Source: Selaginella moellendorffii (taxonomy: Eukaryota; Plantae; Lycopodiophyta). From it: a stretch of DNA of 6,442 nt. The notes under the pieces are model-generated. The model was not told the origin of the DNA. It did not search any database and saw nothing but the letters and a program-made list of their open reading frames with translations. The first letter of the stretch is position 1. Each line of letters begins with the position of its first letter. Below, one piece after another: positions 1-6,442 of the stretch. The stretch is taken from NCBI RefSeq assembly GCF_000143415.4, contig NW_003314706.1:1-6442 (forward strand), read 5' to 3'. Made by a program: the position numbers and the translations under genes.

Positions 1-650
1 AGGTATGAACTTGTAAGATTCTTCGGTCATGTTCATGTACACTGCTTTGCAGGATTATGAAGCAAAACGCTGGATTGATCGGCGAGTTGAAATTTCCGTA
101 AGCAGTTTTTGTTTATTGTTTCTCAACAAAGCGTGTTATCTTACACGTAGAGTGGAACACGGACTGACTCTTACCTGACGCGTTTAAAGCAAGAGCTTGA
201 GGTTCTCTTTTGTATACTTGTTTTTCTCTTTGTAGCATCTTTTTAGCAACTTCGTAAGTTGCAGGAGGCGTTCCAAGCCTTTGCTCCAGATCTTTTGGTC
301 TACAACGCCGGCACAGACATATTGGAAGGAGATCCTCTCGGCCGATTGGAGGTTTGCTTCAACTTTCTCGAGCGTTGTCTCAGTCTCGTCCTTGCAGGTT
401 TCACCGGAAGGAGTGAAAGAGCGTGACGAGATTGTTTTCAGCTTCGCTCGCCAGAGAAACATCCCAATTGTCATGCTCACGTCTGGTAAACATCTTTTAA
501 TCTTCTTCCATTCCACCTGCTAGAACAGTGATTCGTTTTCCTTTTTAATTTGTTCCAGGAGGATACATGAGAAGCAGTGCTGGTGTCATCGCTGAATCCA
601 TCTCGAATTTACACTCGAAAAAGCTCATCGACTTGGCCGGTGTGAATTAA
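1..650 (+). CDS. HDA2: Histone deacetylase, class IV (plant HDA2 / HDAC11-like), 3' part; 5' end outside the window
   Basis: Exons <1-2, 53-97, 151-201, 265-351, 398-485 and 559-650 are joined by GT-AG introns (3-52, 98-150, 202-264, 352-397, 486-558). They translate to DYEAKRWIDRRVEIS-SGTRTDSYLTRLKQELE-EAFQAFAPDLLVYNAGTDILEGDPLGRLE-VSPEGVKERDEIVFSFARQRNIPIVMLTSG-GYMRSSAGVIAESISNLHSKKLIDLAGVN*. YNAGTD..GDPLG and LTSGGY are characteristic class IV HDAC motifs. Confidence 0.95.
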
Positions 651-764
651 ACAAGAGCCTCTTTCTTTCCAGCGGGGTGAAAGAGATGTCGAACCCGGGA
701 CCCCCTAAACGCATATTCGAGAGAGTGATGTAGGGCGACCATTTCTAGCAAGCCATGCCAGGCC

Positions 765-2060
765 ATGGAGGCGCGATATTCTTCTCTAAGGCTGGGAGAG
801 GCTCTTAACAGGAGGTACTAAGACTAGCACTAGCTTACATTCTCGATTTACTCCATCGATTTGCTTGTCTAGGTGCGACTATGCCCGAGCTTGCAAGGAG
901 CTTGCCGTGCTGCTCAAACAGGCTTATGGAATTGCCCCCAAGTCNNNNNNNNNNNNNNNNNNNNNNNNNNNNNNNNNNNNNNNNNNNNNNNNNNNNNNNN
1001 NNNNNNNNNNNNNNNNNNNNNNNNNNNNNNNNNNNNNNNNNNNNNNNNNNNNNNNNNNNNNNNNNNNNNNNNNNNNNNNNNNNNNNNNNNNNNNNNNNNN
1101 NNNNNNNNNNNNNNNNNNNNNNNNNNNNNNNNNNNNNNNNNNNNNNGAAGCACAAGAAGGGCTTGGCGGCTGGGGAGTTTAGAAAGGCTGCCATTTCCTT
1201 GCAAAGGAGCTCCAAGAATCAAAGCGAGCTAGACGGTATGGTTTTGTAAGACTGTTCTTCTTCGTCTTTCTGACTATGTTTTCTATTTTTTTCTCGTGAA
1301 GAATCCTGCCAGCTTCCGGTGGATGTTCTTGTTCACGTTTTCAGCTTCCTGGATCCCATATCACTGGCTACTGCTGGCTGCGTATGCAGGTTTTGATTTT
1401 AATCTCGATTTCTTCTCCAACAAATGTGACAGGTTTCATCTTGTTTTGTGAAGGTCTTGGAATTCAGAGTACAAAGACGCAAACCTCTGGCAGAAGCTTT
1501 TCACGGTTGTTCTTGAGAACACGAGTTTTGATCCTACTAGAGTTTTGCAGCTCGCTGGTTTTGAGCTGGGTGATGATGATTCCAGTACTCCTCTGAGAGT
1601 CAAGGATGTTTCGATCCAAAAAATAGGCTGCTGGAAGAAGGCTTTCGAGATCGCAGTTCTCCGTGAGTTGTTTCGTTTAGTGCTTTTCTTGTGTCTAACT
1701 ATTATATATTTTTGCTTTCCAGGTTCGCCAAAGCTTTTGTATCTCTTCACAAGGGCCCAGTGCTTGACTTGCAAGGCAACGTTTTGGTCATCGGAGCTTT
1801 GCTTGCAAACATTTGCCAACCAGTGCAGCAAGAAAAACTTCCAGGAGCACAAGCTGAGGCCACTGTTGCTAGAACAGGTTTGATCCGCCCTCGTCTGCCT
1901 TTTCATGGTTTTTCCTAAACTTTGTACTGCGGCACAGGTTGTCAGCTTTGTTCTCATGGGATCAAGACAAGCTTACAACACCAAAAAGGACAGTGATTCA
2001 GACGAAGACCAGTATCTTCCTTACGCGAAGTTGTGGGAGTATGCAAAGTGGTTGAGATAG
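765..2060 (+). CDS. F-box protein (At5g52880-like), spliced
   Basis: ATG at 765 in gccATGg context. Exons are 765-814, 873->944, (N gap), <1147-1235, 1302-1389, 1454-1662, 1723-1877 and 1938-2060 (TAG). Translation: MEARYSSLRLGEALNRRCDYARACKELAVLLKQAYGIAPK...KHKKGLAAGEFRKAAISLQRSSKNQSELDESCQ-LPVDVLVHVFSFLDPISLATAGCVCRSWNSEYKDANLWQ (F-box motif)...WKKAF...RAQCLTCKATFW...DSDSDEDQYLPYAKLWEYAKWLR*. The subfamily call is from recalled similarity. Confidence 0.9.
945..1146. other. N gap (202 nt) inside the F-box gene
   Basis: Run of N. The coding frame differs on the two sides, so the gap likely hides coding sequence plus an intron. Confidence 0.99.
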
Positions 2061-2283
2061 CCGTTTTTTATTTTTGTTAGTAATCAAGTTCACCATTGTG
2101 ACCGGTGGCAAACAAGGCGCCCTTCTTCATATCATCAAGACGAGGAAATCATCTTTAGATTGAATGGAGAGGTGGAATCACTGGGCCGACCTCTCAAGAA
2201 ACTTGTCGATCTAATGGGTCCCTAGTGTGTGTGATTTTTTGAAGTTGAAAACATTATTAATAATCAAATGAATTAACAACAAT

Positions 2284-2899
2284 TTAGTTTTGAGATGTGG
2301 AGGTGGTGAAGTCGATGATCTCAATAAACTCTCCAGTGCAGTTGTAATGCTGGAGCGTCTTTGGTTTATGCGGTTGTCCACGATCTGCCCCACCAAGTTA
2401 CTTCCCTGTGGAACAAGCGCAAAAGAGTACGAGTTGTTCTGTTCACTGAATTGCAAAAACTTGTTGGTGGCTAGAGGAGACATCTAAGGCAAGACAACGT
2501 TGCCCTTCCCAGGTCCTGCAAAGACAAATCCATCACAATCAGAGAGTCCAATCCACCCAAAAACTCTTTTACAAAATCAAATGTGGTCAAGCTTGCTTAC
2601 CAAAGCTGCCTGCTGGAATGTTTGCAACCCAGTAGGTGATATAGGACTCAAAGAATTGGAATCCAATCATGTCCAACCAGGTGAACATCACCACTGAAAA
2701 GTATGAAGGATGTGTGATGTTGATGCCGCGGCGGTCGTCATATCCTTGGATGTCAATAGTGGGAGCCCTGTCAGTGATGTGCAAGGGGAGGAAGCTGTTC
2801 TCCTCGACTGTGGTGGAACCATACTTTTATGAGAAGATTAGCATTAGCTGACAACGAACACAAAGAGAGGAGAATCACAGCTGACAAGAACACTGCCAT
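2284..2899 (-). pseudogene. Disrupted gene for a secreted, divergent PEBP (phosphatidylethanolamine-binding protein)-like protein
   Basis: ATG at 2899 gives a signal-like MAVFLSAVILLSLCSLSANA-NLLIK. One extra base at 2824-2828 shifts the frame. The shifted frame reads YGSTTVEENSFLPLHITDRAPTIDIQG...YFSVVMF...YWVANIPAGSFG. A GTAAGC...TTGCAG intron spans 2600-2516. Then PGKGNVVLP*(TAG 2486-2484)MSP...NNSYSFALVPQ...DNRIN. A probable further shift near 2360 leads to KTLQHYNCTGEFIEIIDFTTSTSQN* (TAA 2286-2284). Motif order follows PEBP (Y-G..V, L....T..P.I.I.G, W-V-x-NIP, G.vv.Y..P, Y.F.L..Q). Confidence 0.7.
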
Positions 2900-3212
2900 T
2901 TCTTAGAAGAATTGACGAATCAATGGATTGATGCTTTTATCTATGACATTTTCTCGGGCCAGTTGACTAAATTCATCCATCCCTTGATCCAAATGATCCC
3001 AGATTTCTATAAAAATCTGGGTGTCAAGATTACCATGGTCAATTCAAGGTATACTAAATTCTACACCCCATGCGAGAATAAGTTGCTAAACCATGTAGCT
3101 CTACTTGAAAAAAATAAATTAAATTGAGCAGATTTCAATCTTCGGATAAGAGTTACATGCTGTCTACTAACGAAATATCTACATCCCCGATGAATAAAAA
3201 TATGAATTTTCT

Positions 3213-3581
3213 TTAGCAGCCACAAAGTATGGTTGGATCGCAGCAGCAGCAGCATTGATCAAGCAGGCAGCAGCAACAAAGCGCAGCCAAGCTGTAAGGA
3301 AAAACTCACCATGAGAAAACTCAGCAAAAATTACAAGCTATTAAGATAGAAACTACCACTCACCAGCCTCTGAGAAACCCCCCTGACCGCTTCTTTTGCT
3401 TGTAGTTTTGTGGCGGTGGATAGTAACCTGTGGAGAATAGAACTTAATTCAATCTAGAAGAACTAGAAGAGACCAAAGAGAGATTGATCCTTGGGGAGAG
3501 CTTACCTTGCTGGGGATAGCCATAGACTGGCTGCTGATGGTGGTGTCCATGCCCCTTTTCCTCATGGTGGTGTTTCGCCAT
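3213..3581 (-). CDS. CYSTM-family cysteine-rich tail-anchored small protein (72 aa) with His-rich N-terminus
   Basis: Exons 3581-3506, 3427-3364 and 3291-3213 total 219 nt. Introns are 3505-3428 (GTAAGC..CCACAG) and 3363-3292 (GTGAGT..TTACAG). Protein: MAKHHHEEKGHGHHHQQPVYGYPQQGYYPPPQNYKQKKRSGGFLRGCLAALCCCCLLDQCCCCCDPTILCGC*. GYPQQGY-PPP and GFLxGCLAALCCCCLLD are CYSTM signatures. Confidence 0.95.
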
Positions 3582-3714
3582 TTTGAAGAACAAGGAAGAA
3601 TCGCCCAAATTCGCAAGAGACCAGAAACTAGATCGAAAAATTCAGCTTCCAATCGAAGAGAAAACCCAAAAGAATGAAACGAATCGATCGAATTCGGAGG
3701 GGACGATCGTCGCC

Positions 3715-3722
3715 CTATATAG
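3715..3722 (-). promoter_or_regulatory. Putative TATA box of the CYSTM gene
   Basis: CTATATAG lies about 135 nt upstream of the CYSTM ATG, between a pyrimidine-rich leader (minus strand) and the cis-element cluster. Confidence 0.65.
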
Positions 3723-3735
3723 AGGGTAGGGAATG

Positions 3736-3805
3736 CCGCGTAAATTCAAGTAAAGTCGGTCGCCACGTGTCAACGCGTGTCAATATGCCACGTGTCATTA
3801 CGCGG
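3736..3805. promoter_or_regulatory. ABRE/G-box x2, CE3-like element, DRE/CRT core and CGCG boxes upstream of CYSTM
   Basis: GCCACGTGTCA at 3762-3772 and 3787-3797; ACGCGTGTC at 3773-3781; GTCGGT (ACCGAC on minus) at 3755-3760; CCGCGTAA at 3736-3743 and its reverse complement TTACGCGG at 3798-3805. Confidence 0.8.
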
Positions 3806-4319
3806 ATTTAGGGCCTAGGGCTTGCTTCAAGGAAAGGGGAAACGAGGAGAGAGGGGATCTGTCACAGTGCAGGAAGGATTTTCAAGAAGCCTGTTGACAT
3901 TTCTTTTGGTTCTTTTGTTAAAGTATTTACATAGATTGGTTGAAAAAAAATGTTAATGCAATGTGGATAGTCTTTATGATCAAATTTTGAATATTAAGCA
4001 ATAGCTTAAGGATGCCATAAGCATAATGCAGAGTGTCAGAATGGCATCCATCAAGGAGAGGTAAAAAGACTTAACAAGTCTTAACAGAGAATAGTCCACA
4101 CACGTTTGCTGTGGCATCCGAGGCTCGATCCATGCAGTTTTCTTTTTGGGAATGTTGATAAGGGTGTGGGCTATGGTACTCCTTTTGGCAGTTCGTCAGC
4201 ATGTTTACAAGGTCCAGTGTTTTCCACGTATGATTTATCTTTTTGTAGATCGATCACACGAGGGATGCAAGAAATTCAAGAAATGCGCGTGAATCCAGGT
4301 AGATTAGGGTTCTATGATC

Positions 4320-6418
4320 CTAGGGTAGTTTTGGCGCTCTCCACTCGCAGATCGCCGACCTCACGACGCGATTCGGTGTCAAGTTCTTGTTCTCCAGCCG
4401 CAAGTTCGTCATCGGCGACGCATCGCTCTTCTGGAGCCAGCGAATGATCGCGTCATACTCGTACGTGTATCCGTCCGACGCGATCACAGGGTATTCCATC
4501 ACCTCCTGGAAGACGAAGAAATATTTCAAGAGGATGGAGGAATTCCAGGATGATTACCTGGAGAATCGGGCACAGGAAGAGCGTTGGAGCCGCGGATTTC
4601 GGTCGCTCCTCGCTGCGAAACAGATGATTCATCGTCTCGAGCATCTGCAACACGTTTTCCAGCTCCGGCCTGTTCTTCCTCTGGCACTCGGCGCAGTTTA
4701 GACCAATGCAAGCCAGCTGCGTCGCGGCTGCCAGCGGCCACTCTCCAGCGCTAGTGTCGAGGATCNNNNNNNNNNNNNNNNNNNNNNNNNNNNNNNNNNN
4801 NNNNNNNNNNNNNNNNNNNNNNNNNNNNNNNNNNNNNNNNNNNNNNNNNNNNNNNNNNNNNNNNNNNNNNNNNNNNNNNNNNNNNNNNNNNNNNNNNNNN
4901 NNNNNNNNNNNNNNNNNNNNNNNNNNNNNTCCCACAGGTGATGTGCTCCTCACGCTTGTCGCGTCGCCTGGCATGAATCTTGCCAACCCAACGTCGCTGA
5001 TCTTACTGTTGTAGTTTTTGTCTAGCAGGATGTTGGAAGGCTTGAGGTCCCGGAGCACGATCGGCTGTGGCTTTGCCTTGTGGAGGAAGAGGAGCGCTGT
5101 GCCGACTTCCACCGCAATCTGGTACCTCGTGAGGCATGAGATTGGCGGCGAGTCGTCCTTGCAGAACAGTCGATCTTCCAAGCTCCCGTTTTCCAGGTAC
5201 TCGTAGACAAGGCATTTCTTTTCCGGATTTCCGCCTAGCAGTAGAACGATGTGAGGATGGTGTAGTCGGCTCAGCACTTCCACCTTTATTTTCCCATGCT
5301 TGTTAGAGATTTTAGAAATTCGAGTGAGTTTACGTACCTCTTGTTCGAACTCTTGTGGTCCTTGCCAACTATCATGTCTTAGAACCTTGACTGCTACGTT
5401 GGTCCTGTGGAGAGTGCCTTTGTAGACGTGACCGTATGATCCCTCTCCTATTTTGTTGTTCTCAGAAAAGTTGTCTGTGATGTCTCGGAGTTCCTCAAAC
5501 GTGAATTGTGTGTACTTGAGCAGTTGTTGCCTGTTGGCCTCTCTCTCAGCTTCTGCTTTACATTGGAGCTCTATCCTGTTTTCCATTTCCTTCCTTCTCC
5601 GGATTTCGTCCACCAGTGCTTTTTTCATCGAGTTGACAAGCGTGAGAGCTTCAGCACGCTTCTGCGATTCCTCATCTAATTTCTTTGCTGCGTTATACTC
5701 TCGCTGATTGTCCTCCTCGACCGCTCGCATCAATATTTCCGCCTGGAATGCCATGAAATCGTAAGACTTTTGACGATAGCATCTCCAGTTTACCCGTTTT
5801 AAAGCCCAATCAGCGTTCTCGCGAGCTTCCTGGCTCCGTAGTGTTTCAGCGTCGGCAGATTCTTTTGCTTTGTTTGCAGCCACGATGGCATTTTGTAACT
5901 GCTGCTTGAGCATGTTTATTTGCTCCAGATCTCCAGCCTGCACGAGAGAGTCAGAACAAAATGCTGTTCTTGTAAATCTAACCTTGGGATCCGCAGGCAG
6001 GGGCTCGCTGATGATACTACTGGGCGAAGACTCTGCGAATTCTTCTTCAGTGCGAAAGGCTGGTGGCACAACTTTTAGTTCCGGCGTTTGAGGTTGGTAG
6101 CTTCCTTCAGCGATCTCATCCTTACTGTCACTGCTTCGCATTGATAGGTGACTTTTCAGCGGAGAGGTCGATACCATGAGAATTTCGCGATTCAAAGCGT
6201 CAGCTTCCAGCCAGCTAGAGGATGGAGACGGAGATAAGGGGAAAATGAATTTGTCCGCCACACTCGGACGAGCAGGAGATGAATTTGTACGAGGGAATGA
6301 GTGCGGTGGTGAAGCATTCCTGAATGACGCCAATTTCGAGGATTTCGATATGCACTGCACAGTACAGTAATCTGGAGCATGTTTCCGAACGTAGTCTGAA
6401 ACTCCCGACCTCAATCTC
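4320..6418 (-). CDS. Plant U-box domain-containing protein kinase (USP-like N-terminal domain end, coiled coil, Ser/Thr kinase, U-box; RLCK-IXb type); 5' end outside the window
   Basis: Acceptor at 6420-6419. Predicted exons are 6418-5983, 5937-5794, 5742-5338, 5283-4558 (spanning the N gap) and 4505-4320. Motifs: VRKHAPDYCTVQCISK (end of USP-like domain); E/K/A-rich coiled coil; IGEGSYGHVYKG, VAVK, LRDLKPSNILLD and DVGLAR (kinase); FLCPILQ-EVMEYPVIASDGYTYEYDAIIRWLQKSDASPMTNLRLENKNLTPNRVVRSAICEW (U-box). TAG at 4322-4320. Confidence 0.95.
4766..4929. other. N gap (164 nt) inside the kinase domain
   Basis: Run of N. The frame is conserved across it (55 codons), matching the missing kinase subdomains VIII-X. 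Confidence 0.99.
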
Positions 6419-6442
6419 CTGATGAAAGGAACTAAAACCGTG

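Noticed and set aside
1436-1957. 173-aa antisense ORF and other antisense ORFs (184-516, 4106-4447, 4387-4701, 5453-5707, 5870-6091)
   Set aside because: These are shadow frames mostly opposite well-supported genes, usually with non-ATG starts and no motifs.
2800-2824. GTATGG as a splice donor rescuing the PEBP-like frameshift
   Set aside because: The nearby in-frame AGs give introns of only 22-25 nt and would delete the PEBP-like YG..V motif.
3240-3275. CAG/GCA microsatellite, or a poly-Leu/poly-Ala signal peptide (ORF 3061-3255)
   Set aside because: It is explained by the TGC Cys codons of CYSTM exon 3.
3449-3652. 67-aa minus-strand ORF or conserved uORF
   Set aside because: It is an alternative frame over CYSTM exon 1, its UTR and intron 1, with no recognisable motif.
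3807-3820. TTTAGGG/CTAGGG telomere-like units
   Set aside because: Only one exact unit is present, it is not an array and not a full telo-box.
4010-4049. 9-bp inverted repeat GGATGCCAT/ATGGCATCC with a 22-nt spacer
   Set aside because: It is too short for a MITE or miRNA precursor, shows no target-site duplication, and is compatible with chance.
6121-6174. Additional intron starting GTATCG in the kinase linker
   Set aside because: It has no pyrimidine tract or convincing acceptor, and the Ser-rich translation fits a normal linker.
4453-6414. 653-aa ORF as the real protein
   Set aside because: It starts at a TTG just inside an internal exon, reads through introns and misses the U-box exon.
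1-6442. Prokaryotic systems, CRISPR arrays, tRNA/rRNA, transposons
   Set aside because: There are no repeat-spacer arrays, structured RNA signatures, terminal repeats or transposase/RT motifs. The window is explained by spliced plant genes.

Overview
This is compact eukaryotic (land plant) nuclear DNA with four intact-looking spliced genes and one disrupted gene. Introns are very short (45-85 nt). That architecture suggests a lycophyte such as Selaginella, but this is inference only. In order: (1) the 3' end of a class IV histone deacetylase (HDA2/HDAC11-like, +, stop at 650); (2) an F-box gene resembling Arabidopsis At5g52880 (+, 765-2060), starting only 114 nt later and interrupted by an N gap; (3) a disrupted gene for a signal-peptide-bearing, divergent PEBP-like protein (-, 2899 to about 2284) with a frameshift, an in-frame TAG and probably a second frameshift; (4) a three-exon, 72-aa CYSTM gene with a His-rich head and 12 Cys (-, 3581-3213), missed by the ORF track, under a dense ABRE/CE3/DRE/CGCG promoter module; (5) a 5'-truncated USP-like/coiled-coil/kinase/U-box gene (-, >6418-4320) with an HRD-to-LRD change and three stop-free in-frame introns. 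All family assignments come from motif recognition by eye, with no database search.
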